NCBI GenBank assembly: GCA_964016885.1
Contig: OZ024741.1
Coordinates: 363,010,001-363,074,000 of the forward strand
DNA length: 64,000 nt
Direction of reading: 5' to 3'
Origin: Eledone cirrhosa
Taxonomy: Eukaryota
Shown: positions 26,580-39,524 of the stretch, in pieces
How positions within the stretch are numbered: position 1 is the first letter of the stretch
Layout: the number at the start of each line of letters is the position of its first letter
Made by a program: the position numbers and the translations under genes
The notes under the pieces: model-generated
The model's database searches: none
Told to the model about the DNA's origin: nothing
Seen by the model: the letters and a program-made list of their open reading frames with translations, nothing else

Positions 26580-26700
26580 TCGAAATATAATAAGTGAATG
26601 TAATAGATAAAATCCATGGGGCTGAAAATCAAAGACCTGAGGACGACCGCCTTCCAGCATCTTCCACCTTTGTCGGTCGCTCTCAAGTGGCGACCGGCAA

Positions 26701-26739
<39 letters not shown>

Positions 26740-26743
<4 letters not shown>

Positions 26744-26924
26744 ATATAGATGAGATTCTACAGGACTAGAACTGTTTCATTCATTTGAAATCATCAGGAA
26801 TCCCTTTCAAATGAATGAAACAGTTCTAGTCCTGTAGAATCTCATCTATATTAAAACTGTTATACTCTGCTATGTATTGAGTACCTTACTTACTGTGGTT
26901 ACCTCCGATTCAACCCGGAATAAC

Positions 26925-26926
<2 letters not shown>
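26740..26926. mobile_element. Palindromic mini-PLE module in (TA)n; hammerhead at 26754-26802 (-)
   Basis: ~50-bp inverted arms plus ~70-nt tail; GAUUC-CUGAUGA-UUUCAAAUGAAU-GAAA-CAG..CUG-UA-GAAUC; same family as 36765-36952. Confidence 0.8.
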
Positions 26927-26975
<49 letters not shown>

Positions 26976-26978
<3 letters not shown>

Positions 26979-29900
26979 TGTTATACTTGGGGAGGGTCAT
27001 ATTTGTGTAATATTGCCAGAATTAATAACAGAACACACTCACTGTTTGGTTGGTTTTCGCTTCTCGCTGTCTTTTATATCTGCGATCTAACTTAATCGGT
27101 CCTCAATGTTGCCATTGACTGACCGACGGTCAAAAATAATACAGATACAATATAGACACAAACACATATATATAGTTTACATAATTTACATAAATCTTTC
27201 GTTGCACATCTGCAACATCGTCAGTGGTGTTATATTTTTTCCTCCTGTTGTGTTGTATGTCTACGCCATTTTTTATTCAGTCTGTCTATATATTTATTTA
27301 TTTATTTATTTGCTTGTTTGTTTATTTTATTTTGTCTTCTTTGCGCATGCGTTTGCGTGTGTGTATAGTGTTATGTTTGCTGTGTGACTAGTGTGTATAG
27401 TGTTGTGTCTGCTGGGTGACTAGTGTGTGTTTATGTGCTTGTTGTTATTGTGCTTGTGTATGTATTTATTTATCTTATTTTATTTTATTTTATTTACTTA
27501 TTTATACTTCTCTTAGGTCAGTGTTGTTTGTTTGGGTGTTGTTGTTGTTCCACTCATTCTTTCTGTTTAGCTTTGGTCTTCTAATTTCTATTTCACTGGC
27601 CTCTCTGATTTGCCTATCTGCTGGGTCATTCCTATGTTTAGATATTATTCTAATTTCTATGTTGTCTATGTTACCGTCATGTTGTTGTCTAGCATGTTCG
27701 TATAGTACTGACCCGTTTTTTCGTCCTTTTAGTCCCCCCCCCCCCAGTGTTGGTCTATCCTTTCACCTATGCTACGAGCTGTTTCGCCTATGTATGTTGT
27801 TGTCATGTTTCTGCAAGTACCCTCTGTACATCTTATGCTATAGACTACGTTTCTAGTTTTACAGTTTATCCGGGGGTTCACTTTACATATGATACATTTC
27901 CTATTGGTACAGTGGGTTTTCTTAAAAGGGTAGGTTTTGCTGATCAGGGATTTTATGGTGGTTCCTGGCTTTTCTACCACCTTTATTCTTAAGTGGGTCT
28001 TTCTCAGGGCCTTTCTACACTGGTTAGCTAATTTCCCTCCAGGGGTGGCGTCCACAAACATGACACTCTGATATCTCTGGTTGTCGTACCATTATGTGGC
28101 CTTCCCTATCTTATGTCTAGCCCTATCTAAGCTATTCCATGATTTGCTCCTGTATAATGGGCAAATTCCTTTCATGTCCAGTTCTATGAGGGTCTTATAC
28201 TTTTCCATGGCTCCTTCGTATACTCTGACTCTGTCTCTTTGGTTGTAGCCAGAGAACTGCATGCGGTTGATGAAGTGTTGGATGTGTCTTTCCATTTCTG
28301 TTGGGTCGCACATTCTTCATCACTCGTACCAAATCTGCGATCAGAATATTAAACTTAGCACTACTGGACATTGCTGAGTTTTTGAGTATCAGGTATTTGG
28401 AGGCCATGGGTTTAGCATAGTGTGAGTGGAGAATTTGGGCTCTCTCGTCTATAGTGTTAATCCAGAGTTCTGTGTCTAATACAGGTAGTCTATTGTTAGG
28501 GTGTTTGGAAGGGAAGTCGATAGTTACAGTTATACTCTGGTGTATGGAATTAGCTATCTGCTGGATGCTTTCCATCGTGCTACGTTCTAAATCAAACTTG
28601 TTAGTGCTCTCTAGTGGGGGTGTTCTTATAACTATATTGATATCGTCTACATAACGAGAGTACATGATGAGGTCTATAGAGCTTTCATTAAGGAGATCTT
28701 TAAGTCTCCTTTCCCACCATACCATGAAAAGGTTGGCAACATCATCAGCTATGCTGACGCCGATAGCTGCTCCCTCATTTTGGGTGTAGATTTTCTCATT
28801 GAACTTAAATATGTGGCCCTTTAGGGTAGTTTTGATACTAGCCCCTATTGCATGTGCGACCATTTTTCTTACCTGATCATTGTTTTGGGGGGTCCGTATA
28901 GCTTTGGTCCACCCAATCCACCTTCCCATGGGAGTCTTTTTTGCCATTGAGGTTATGGTGGGGGGTCTACCTCTTATAGGTCTACTAGGGCAGAAACATC
29001 TAAGGTCATGGCTGTCTAGGTAGTCAGTGTCGTAGGTAAGTCTAAGTAGGAGGCCCAGTTCGTCTGTGTCGACGTCGCGGAACTCCACCTCACTCTCAAT
29101 GATCATCTCCACACATCTTTTCACAGCAAAATCAATGTTAATGGATGGGTACAGTGACACCACATCCATGCTGCCTATTATGCAGTTGGATAGGCTCCTG
29201 TTTTTGTTGCACTCACTGATTCTGCTGAGGAGGTCCTCTGTACTTTCACATACATCTGGGGACATCTTGATTATGGAGCGTATAACCATTGAGAGGAAGT
29301 AGGAGATCCTGTAGTTGCTAGCTATATTAGCTCCACATACGGGTCTTGTTGGTGGTCCTGTTGTCGGGTCGTCGACTGTCTTGTGGTCTTTGCGGAGCCC
29401 ATACAAGGGTGGTATGCCATTGTTAGACGCCTGGAAGTTGTTGGCAGTGCGTCTGCTTGGCTTTAGGATGTCAGTCCACATCATCATGTGAGCGTTGAAG
29501 ATTTTTTCTCTCTCCCATCGTGGTATACGAACATGCTAGACAACAACATGACGGTAACATAGACAACATAGAAATTAGAATAATATCTAAACATAGGAAT
29601 GACCCAGCAGATAGGCAAATCAGAGAGGCCAGTGAAATAGAAATTAGAAGACCAAAGCTAAACAGAAAGAATGAGTGGAACAACAACAACACCCAAACAA
29701 ACAACACTGACCTAAGAGAAGTATAAATAAGTAAATAAAATAAAATAAGATAAATAAATACATACACAAGCACAATAACAACAAGCACATAAACACACAC
29801 TAGTCACCCAGCAGACACAACACTATACACACTAGTCACACAGCAAACATAACACTATACACACACGCAAACGCATGCGCAAAGAAGACAAAATAAAATA

Positions 29901-30290
29901 AACAAACAAGCAAATAAATAAATAAATAAATATATAGACAGACTGAATAAAAAATGGCGTAGACATACAACACAACAGGAGGAAAAAATATAACACCACT
30001 GACGATGTTGCAGATGTGCAACGAAAGATTTATGTAAATTATGTAAACTATATATATGTGTTTGTGTCTATATTGTATCTGTATTATTTTTGACCGTCGG
30101 TCAGTCAATGGCAACATTGAGGACCGATTAAGTTAGATCGCAGATATAAAAGACAGCGAGAAGCGAAAACCAACCAAACAGTGAGTGTGTTCTGTTATTA
30201 ATTCTGGCAATATTACACAAATATGACCCTCCCCAAGTATAACAATATTTGTTTCGACACACGATTTCATATAAAAAACCTCGCTAAACT
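26976..30290. mobile_element. Penelope-like element 2 with ~730-bp inverted repeat arms
   Basis: 26976-27702 is the inverted repeat of 29524-30247; RT/GIY-YIG coding between the arms; flanked by (TA)n. Confidence 0.92.
27502..29487 (-). pseudogene. PLE RT + GIY-YIG, 5'-truncated and frameshifted
   Basis: LYGLRKDHK, RPVCGA, SMDVVSLYPSI, GAAIG, RYVDD, LPVLD; NVVYSIRC...YIGETARSIGERIDQH; RQIREASEI...LN. Confidence 0.9.
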
Positions 30291-30337
30291 ATATATATAT
30301 ATATATATGTAGATAAATCTTGTTCATTATTTGTTTA

Positions 30338-30386
<49 letters not shown>

Positions 30387-30603
30387 CCTTTCCCTTTCCT
30401 TTATATTATCTTTGTTTGTGCTTCCGTTCTGTAAGCATTGTATTATTATATTTCTCTTTGTACAACTGAAAATAAATTATATATATATATCACTACTCAA
30501 ACATTAAAATAAATAAAATAATTTATGTTGGAAAATTTATCAGTTTAGTAGTCCCTACCCAGCTGTTTCCTCCTAACTTTTTTAATAATGCATGTTTTAC
30601 ATT

Positions 30604-31220
30604 TTAAATTTATAGAAAAGCATCCGCTGGGATTCACAAAGATATTTTTTCCTGTTTTGTGTGTGTGTGTGTTTTCAACTAGTCTGACTTCCGACATACT
30701 AGAAATCGACTCCCCCACCCACTAAAACAGAATGTTAGGGGACCTCAGAGTTTTCTTCTGTGGCAATTCTTTTCTTTTCGATGTTTTTTCGTTTGTTTTG
30801 GATCGATCCGATATTCGACTCACTCGCAAACAACTCCCCCCCCCCACCACCACCACCCACTAACATTCCGTTTTCGAAAAAAAAAAGTCGATTGCGAGCA
30901 TGTCAGAGGCTAGATTAGTTGAAAATACGAAAAAAAAATAGAGAAAAATTCTTACGGTACCCAGCGGGGTGCTTTTCTATAATTTAAACGTTTGAGAGGT
31001 GTTGTTTATCTGTAACATCGAGGACCCCCCCTCCCTCACGGAAAAGAGTCGTTGGTGAGTTGGATGTCAGAACGGTTGAAAACAAACGAAAAAAAAAAAT
31101 CCCACCGAAGAAAAACTCCGAAGCACCCCCCCCCCCCCCGAAACAATCCATTCTCGGGGGAAAAGATCGATGCGAGCACGTCAGAGGTCAGATTAGTTGA
31201 AAACGGGTGCTTTTCTATGA
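30604..31220. mobile_element. MITE/foldback-like element with inverted and duplicated arms
   Basis: 30604-30712 is inversely related to 30885-30990, with a second copy of the arm at 31165-31220. Confidence 0.5.
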
Positions 31221-31225
31221 ATTTA

Positions 31226-31286
<61 letters not shown>

Positions 31287-31289
<3 letters not shown>

Positions 31290-31568
31290 GTTATGTAATA
31301 AAGAACATAACATTATTAATTCATTTACCAGTGGTTTCTTGAAGACAGATATTTATATCTGTCTTCAGTCGTCAGAATGTTATTTAATAAACATTTAATA
31401 AACATTCCATGTTATTCATTCTGACGACTGAAGACAGATATAAATCTGTCTTCAAGAAACCACTGGTAAATGAATTAATTATCTTATGTTCTTTATTACA
31501 TAACTAAAAAGCTCTCTAGCCTACATAGAGCGCTCTCTTTTCCTTTACCTTTCCTACGGAAATACTTC

Positions 31569-31570
<2 letters not shown>
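31287..31570. mobile_element. Palindromic mini-PLE module with hammerheads on both strands (31414-31475 +, 31322-31379 -)
   Basis: AUUCAUU-CUGACGA-CUGAAGACAGAU(AUAA)AUCUGUCUUCAA-GAAA-CC(ACU)GG-UA-AAUGAAU; ~90-bp inverted arms; (TA)n flanks. Confidence 0.85.
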
Positions 31571-31608
<38 letters not shown>

Positions 31609-31612
31609 TATA

Positions 31613-32350
31613 CTAGCAGTGGTACCCGGCGTTGCACGGGATAAGGTATTTTGGAACGCGGGCCGCCAACAGACCTAATCGTGGAAAAACTGCATGCCTG
31701 GACAATATGTAAAGAAAATAAACCAAGTACTCTGGTGGCTGGATAATCTTTAAGATTTTCCTCGATGAAGCAGGAAAAATGCAGGTTTTCACCTAATGCG
31801 GGCTCTAGGGGATCAAGAAAATAATTTTTTTTTATGTGCATAATATGCCTTGAAATTTCAGGAAAAGCGTCTAGACGTAACGCCTCCAAAAAGCTCTAAC
31901 AAGCTGAAAAAATAAAGTTTTTCACCTAATGCGGGACCTAGGCCATAAAAAAGTTGGATTTTCTTTGCTCACGGTATGAAGAGAGACTGACTAATACATA
32001 GTTACAATTTCAAGGAAATCGGTCTGACGTAACGCATCAAATAACCCATAAAAACCTGAGAAAAACGCAGTTTTTAACCTAATGCGGGCCCTAGGAGATA
32101 AAAAAAATTGAAATGTTTTATGTGCATAACACTCCCTGAAACATAAGTAATACACATGTAAAATTTGAAAAGAATCAGTTGGGTACTTCTCGAATTTTAG
32201 GGATTCAAACTCACACACGTACACACACACACACACACACACTCACACATACATCCTCAGGGAAGTGACGTAATGCAGACAGCCAGACATATTATAAGGG
32301 CGCGACGTTATATGTATGTATCTATCTAAAAAGAGAAAGACTAAGAATTA
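31613..32350 (-). mobile_element. Non-autonomous Helitron-like element
   Basis: Minus strand ends CCCG-TGCAACGC-CGGG hairpin ... CTAG at 31613; internal repeats CCTAATGCGGG..CTAGG; 5' end approximate. Confidence 0.6.
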
Positions 32351-32519
32351 TATAGAGAGATCGTTAAATCCCCTAATGCGGTCCCTAGGGCATTGTAAAT
32401 ACATCTTGGAGTAATAAAATTGAAAAAGTGAAGAATAACATGGTCAACAGTATAAACAAGGAAATGTATTTACAGTCTAACAATTGATGGAGTTGTCTAA
32501 AAATTGCTAAACACTGAAG

Positions 32520-34250
32520 TTAGTGGCACTCAATTTAAAATGCATGCAACCTCTATTATTTCGTCAGAGACTAATAGAAAATACAAAATATATGCGTAAC
32601 GGTAAATTTATATATTCAAATTACTACATCAATAATAATATTAATAATAAAAATATAGAGAGAAATAAAGGAAGGGAGACAGATGGAAAGGAGGGGGGAA
32701 AAGAAAGACGAAAGAGAAAACGAAAATACAGTTAAATGCATAACCAGCAAAATTACGAAATCAAACTATCACATCAAAATAAAGATAATATTAATAATAA
32801 AGATACATATAGAAAGAAAAGAGGGGGGGGGGGGTAGATGTATTAGAGGTAGAGAAGAAAAAGAAGGATGAATAAGGAAAAAGAGAAAGAGATAGAGAAA
32901 GACGAAGAAGGAAAAGGAAAGCAGGTAGAGACAGTAATTGTTGATGAATACAGGCAGAGTTATGATGGAGAGAAGAAGGAAGATAAACAGACAGACGAAT
33001 ATACATTAATACAAGAATGAAAGTGAGTGAAAAATAGAGATTTAAGTATAGAAACAAATAAATAAATAAATGCATAAATAAAAGGATAGATAAATAAATA
33101 AACAGATAGATGAGTAAATAAACAATTTACATCTATTGTTATATAAAATGGTATAATATCTGGAACGTAGAGATGAGAATAAATAAATAAATGCGTTCAA
33201 GAGACTAATAAGAGTAGTATTAATGTTGTTAATGTTATTGCGAATAGTTATTGATGATTATTAAATATGGATAGATGTGAAGTTGAAAATATTATAATAT
33301 TGGATATATTAATATTTTAATAAGTAAATTAACTAGTTTAAGATGTATTACATGATAAGATAAAATGATCGAGATGAAATAGGTTTAAGTAGAGAAATGC
33401 AAAGACAAATGGTGAAAGATAGAGGTGTATAAAATAATAATGTAAATACAAGATGTTCTGATGTTGTTCTTTGGTAATTATAATGGTGACGATGGTGCTG
33501 ATAATGTGATATCGTAATAGATTCTAATGGTATAAAAGGGACAAGGAATAGAAAATGGAATTAAGTTGGTCTAAAGTTCTCGAATTTCGTTACTGATTTG
33601 TGCCGGCAAAAAATAGTTCTTTCAATTCTACCGTTAAGAAGGGTTTTTCTGAAATTAAGAATTTGAAAAAGCTCCATATTACAGAGCCTGCAATGGGACA
33701 TACCAGTTTGATAGGCCTTTGTTTTTGACAATATTGTCAAACTGATCTCGTATTCAATGCTTGCATTCTTGAGTTGCCAGATTTTGTTGGCGAGAGTTGT
33801 TGTATTTGATTGATTCTCATTAATCATCGAATGTCTGTGAATGTACCACCGTTTTTTTTAAATCACCAGCTGTGGAACCAATGTAATACCATCCAAGCTA
33901 CCTGAATTTATAGTACACAGGTATACTACATTTTTCTCCAGGCATCTGTTTAGTAGAGGGCATTTGTCGGGTAAGTGGCAGTTGCATAAAGATGCTTTCC
34001 TATGCGCCGGTTCTATATATGATTTTGTAAATTATTATGTATGGGCTGCGAATTAGGTTTGTTGATGTATTGTGGTGGTGTGCTCTGGCGTGTGTTCGGT
34101 TGCGAGGATGTAATATGCGTGTGTTCTGTAATATGGAGCTTTTCCAAATTCTTAATTTCAGAAAAACCCTTCTTAACAGTAGAATTGAAAGAACTATTTT
34201 TTGCCGGCACAAATCAGCAACGAAATTCGTGAACTTTAGACCAACTTAAT
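32520..34250 (-). mobile_element. PLE 3' fragment (GIY-YIG region plus AT-rich 3' part) with an inverted duplicate at 34126-34249
   Basis: CNCH..KCPL..CL.KNVVY, YIGST, IWQLKN, CRLCNME, FCRH; left boundary uncertain. Confidence 0.75.
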
Positions 34251-34705
34251 TCCGAATGAACCCACAGCACAACACGAGGGAAACCCTAAGGGCAGCAGCA
34301 ACGAACTCCCTCTTGCACCAGTGGCCAACCAATACAGGCTGGAGATAAAATGTGTAGCAATAAGGGCGGTGCCACAGCATGGCCTCAGCCGGATGGCTGG
34401 AACAGGTAAAAGAGTAAAAGGGTAAAAGAATATATATATATTTATGAAGGCATCTGGGTGAGGTTGTGAGTTCGATTCCTGGACTGGACGATGCATTATG
34501 TCCTTGAGCAAAACACTTTATTTCATGTTGCTCCTCCTACCTGGAGTTGCGACCGATAGATAGTATTAGCAATTGGAAAGACCAACGGAAACATTGTTTC
34601 CTCGGTCCGATTTGACGAAAGTCGATCGACTCTATAATATTCTTTCGCTATATGTCTCTCCACCACTCCCCTACACACCCTTTGAACTCTGTTCCCACAC
34701 ACTTC

Positions 34706-34739
34706 TCACCTGAGGAAGGGCTTATGCCCGAAACGTCGT
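34706..34739 (+). ncRNA. Ultra-minimal hammerhead-like motif
   Basis: CUGAGGA-AGGGC(UUAU)GCCC-GAAAC-GUC; stem I only 2 bp; AATAAA ~40 nt downstream. Confidence 0.4.
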
Positions 34740-34830
34740 TCCCCACCACCACCCCACTCTCCAGAGCGTGAAGAAATTAATAAACATTCGTTGTACTGCC
34801 TCTCTGTTTTGTTCCTGTTCAAATTTTTCC

Positions 34831-34881
<51 letters not shown>

Positions 34882-35467
34882 TAGATTGATAGATTGAGTT
34901 AGAAACTCAAAATAGTCTTTTACAATTAAATAGCTCAAAGAAGGGAATCTTTCCGAGCCGTGTAATATAATTGAATATATGAGAGGGATGAACACGATAC
35001 AAGTATACATGTGTTCCAATTGCAAATGACCAAGTTAGCTAGGTTGAAAAAATACTTATTTAAAACAATATGGTTTGCCTGACTCGATTTAAAGTAATAA
35101 ATCAATAAAAATAACAAACCTATATCGGGCAACAGCCTTTGATACCCAGACAGACTTAAATCCGTTTCGCAAGAATTATTAAGTGAAAGCCACAATTCCT
35201 GTGCTCTTCGGTGGGATTCCAGATAATTCGTACCTTTCACTTCAAAGGATTTAAGAAGATTGAACGATATGCTGATATAAAAGCACATGTTGCAGCCAGG
35301 TTTATGAGACTAAAGTTAACTCTCCGTAAGGAGCCGAGAATATCATAGATTGAGTTAGAAACTCAAAATAGTCTTTTACAATTAAATAGCGCAAAGAAGG
35401 GAATCTTTCCGAGCCGTGTAATATAATTGAATATACTTATATCTGTGTTCATCTTTCTCATATATTC

Positions 35468-35547
<80 letters not shown>

Positions 35548-36663
35548 TAGCAGAGGGACTCGACGTTGCTCGGGTATTAAATAGCAGTTAGGTATACCAT
35601 TTATGTCAATACTTCAGTGCTGCTTCGAAAATTATACTTTTACAAAATCATCGGCTTTTTCCCAAAGGGGGTTCCTGCCCCCAGGGGTCCCCTACTCAAT
35701 ATGTGCCAATTCTGAGAGTTCACATTCATCTGTAGGACAAACGTAGCCCATGTGTCAAGTTTTGTGAAAATCGGTTGCGAACTCCAGAAGTTATGACGTT
35801 TTGTTGCATTGCAATGCAGTGCTTCAGTCGACTCCAAGGAAGCAGTTGAAGGGGGTTATCTGCCAGCAGGCCCGATAATCAATATCTGCAAAAATGAAAG
35901 TGTCCATGACCATCCGGAGTACATAAGTAACCTGTCTTAAGTTTGGTGAAAATACTGTAGAAATCCACGAGGCTTACACACGCACGCGCACGTGCGTGTG
36001 TGTGTGTGTGTGTGTATGTATTTGTGTGTGCGTATGTATGTGTGTGTGTGTGTGTGTATGTATTTGTGTGTGCGTATGTATGTGTATGTCCGTCGGGGCA
36101 TACGTATGTACTGGCCTAAATCTTCACTATTTACTTTTACTATTTTAATAACCTCTGTCATTTTCGTTTTCAATTTTATTTACATCATTCTTAAACTCCG
36201 AGGCTGTAAATTATTCGGTTATTTTAAATAGAATATTAGTCTAACGATTGCATTTATACCATATATATATATAAAGTATATACTTTCAGACGTTCAATCA
36301 TCTGACGGAAAGGTATACGATGCTGACGATGGCTAATAAGCATAAAATTAGTACATCGTTCCTGTGTCAGTGTTGAACAAAAGGGCGACGATGGTTGCCG
36401 AGCACTGTACGGCGTAATTCGGACTGTTTGTTTACAAACAAACCAAACATTATAATAAATGTTCGGTAAACCCATACGTACATATATATGTTTGTGCATG
36501 TATGTATATATATACATACTACTGTGCGTCTGTACACATATATGTATGTACGTATACATACTTATATTTAGGTATCAGCCGTACTAAGAGTGAGAAATGA
36601 AATTTCGTTTAATTCTTTTCTATATATATATATATAATATATATATAATATATATATATAATG

Positions 36664-36755
<92 letters not shown>

Positions 36756-36764
36756 ATATATATA

Positions 36765-36952
36765 CGTTATTCCGGGTTGAATTGGAGGTAACCACAGTAA
36801 GTAAGGTACTGAATACATAGGAGAGTATAAAAGTTATAATATAGATGAGATTCTACAGGACTAGAACTGTTTCATTCTTTAGAAATCATCAGGAATCGCT
36901 GATGATTTCTAAAGAATGAAACAGTTCTAGTCCTGTAGAATCTCATCTATAT
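36765..36952. mobile_element. Palindromic mini-PLE module; hammerhead at 36849-36897 (-)
   Basis: Same family as 26740-26926 in opposite orientation; ~53-bp arms. Confidence 0.8.
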
Positions 36953-36996
36953 ATAATATATATATATATATATAAATATATACAATATATATATAC

Positions 36997-37056
<60 letters not shown>

Positions 37057-37078
37057 TATATAATATATATATATACAT

Positions 37079-37109
<31 letters not shown>

Positions 37110-37360
37110 TTTACTCCAATTATTTTTTGAGTGCTTTATATCAGTTATAAAAATATTTGCTTGTTGTATCTCAACAATTTAAATAGAACTTTTACATATA
37201 TATATATATATATATATATATAAATGAAAATAGAGAAATTAATGCGAGCAAGAAGCCAACAGTAATTCATACATACAAGTATATATATATATATAATATA
37301 TAATATATATATATATATATATATAATATATAATATATATAATATATAATATATACATAT

Positions 37361-38555
37361 AAGTATGTACACATACATACCTATATGTATACAGATGTAC
37401 AGTAGTATGTATATATATATACATACATGCACACATATATATATGTACGTATGGATTCACCGAACATTTATTATAATGCTCGGTGTGTTTGTAAACAAAC
37501 ATCCCGTATTAAGCCGTAGTGTCCAGCAACCATCGCTGCTCGTTTGTTCAACACTGACAAAGGAACGCTGTACTAGTTTCAAGCTTATTAGCTATCGTCA
37601 GCAACGTATGCCTTCCTGCCAGATTGTTGAACGTATATACTTACCTTATGCATATTAACGGCTGAGTAGCCCAATTTGCATATCGAGTGGGTTAATCGGC
37701 CGGGTGCACCGAAAATGATAAACGGAAAAAATGAAACGAAATTTCATTTCCCACTCTTAGTACGGCTGTTACTTAAATATAAGTATGTACACGTACATAC
37801 ATATATGTATACAGACGTACAGTGGTATTTATATATATATACATACATGCACACATATATATATGTACATATGGATTCACCGAACATTTATTATAATGCT
37901 CGGTGTGTTTGTAAACAAACAACCCGTATTAAGCCGTAGTGTCCAGCAACCATCGTTGCTCGTTTGTTCAACACTGACAAAGGAACGCTGTACTAGTTTC
38001 AAGCTTATTAGCTATCATCAGCAACGTATACCTTCCTGCCAGATTGTTGAACGTATATACTTACCTTATTCATATTAACGGCTGAGTAGCCCAATTTGCA
38101 TATCGAGTGGGTTAATCGGCCGGGTGCACCAAAAATGATAAACGGAAAAAATGAAACGAAATTTCATTTCCCACTCTTAGTACGGCTGTTACTTAAATAT
38201 AAGTATGTACATGTATATATATGTACGTATGGATTCACCGAACATTTATTATAATGCTCGGTGTGTTTATAAACAAACATCCCGTATTAAGCTGTAGTGT
38301 TCAGCAACCATCGTTGCTCGTTTGTTCAACACTGACAAAGGAATGCTGTGGGAAATGAAATTTCGTTTCATTTTTTCCGTTTATCGTTTTCGGTGCACCC
38401 GGCCAATTAACCCACTCGATATGCAAATTGGGCTACTCAGCCGTTAATATGAATAAGGTAAGTATATACGTTCAACAATCTGGTAGGAAGGTATACGTTG
38501 CTGATGATAGCTAATAAGCTTGAAACTAGTACAGCGTTCCTTTGTTAGTGTTGAA
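37361..38555. repeat. 420-bp tandem repeat (2 full units + 1 partial) followed by an inverted partial unit
   Basis: Units start at 37361, 37781, 38201; inversion at ~38350; diverged inverted relative at 36250-36610. Confidence 0.9.
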
Positions 38556-39524
38556 AAAAGCGGGGCTTTCGGCGGGGTTTCAACCCCCGTGGAACTCTTT
38601 GATTAAAATGAAATATACGTAAGAAATCAAATGGTCATGAGCCCCCACACACATTTCAAGTTTCATTAAGATTGGTTTGGTAGTTTTTGAGTTTTAGGTT
38701 CACAAACAAACAAACAGTCAGAAATTGCCATTTATATATATATATACGAGTATATTGGAAAATGTGTGAGATCCTTGGTACAGTTAGGTATATTTGAAAA
38801 AAAAGGAAAAGAATGACTTCACTTGTAGTGTTAAATAATTTGATTTAATTTTATATTATAATATTATGAGTTGGTAGATCTAGTAAATTCTTTGTTAACT
38901 TCAGTGGGAAGAATTTTAAAAATTGCTGGTTAACTTTTGTTGGAGAACTTTCTCGCATTCGTCTGTGGCAATTGTCAAACTGAGATCAGGTTGTGTTGAG
39001 ATGTGTGACTATATATATAAGAGAGATTTGGATGTGTGTGGGGTGTGGTGTTAATGAGTGTTGATGGTGATGATGATTTGGAGGAATTAAAGCACACACA
39101 CACACACACACACAAACACACATATATACACTCAGAAAATGGTGAGGTTGCAAGATAAGGGTGTTGTAAACATCCTCTCCTGCTGGTTTTATTTCATTAG
39201 CTGACCTTTGATGAGTATATAATGGCATAGCTGAATCAACTCTCTTAAATTTATAAAGAATATCTTCTACAAATTTCTATATCAAAGATGAATTTAGGTG
39301 CTGGGTTTTAATGAGGTGTAAGATACATGTCTTTTGATAAGAATGGGATGACAGGAAAAAGAGAAAAGGATAGTTTGAGAACATTTGTCAAAGATGTGTT
39401 GTTGATATTGGTTTGGGAGAGGGAGTGGGAGGGGGGGGGACATGCTAGCTCACATATTCACTTCCCTATATGTAAATATATCTACAGTCCATATATATAT
39501 TACACACATATCAACACATACACA

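Larger units (their letters stand above)
35547..38745 (-). mobile_element. Helitron-like element(s) with internal 420-bp tandem repeats
   Basis: CCCGAG-CAACG-TCGAG hairpin then CTAG at 35547; (CAAA)n-TATATA 5'-type end near 38700-38745; whether it is one element is uncertain. Confidence 0.45.

Noticed and set aside
26637-26700. CUGAGGA-CGACCG...CGGUCG hammerhead half
   Set aside because: No GAAA or cleavage strand follows
27106-27387. Identical 93-aa ORFs at 27106 and 29836 as duplicated membrane-protein genes
   Set aside because: Antisense readings of the PLE2 inverted arms
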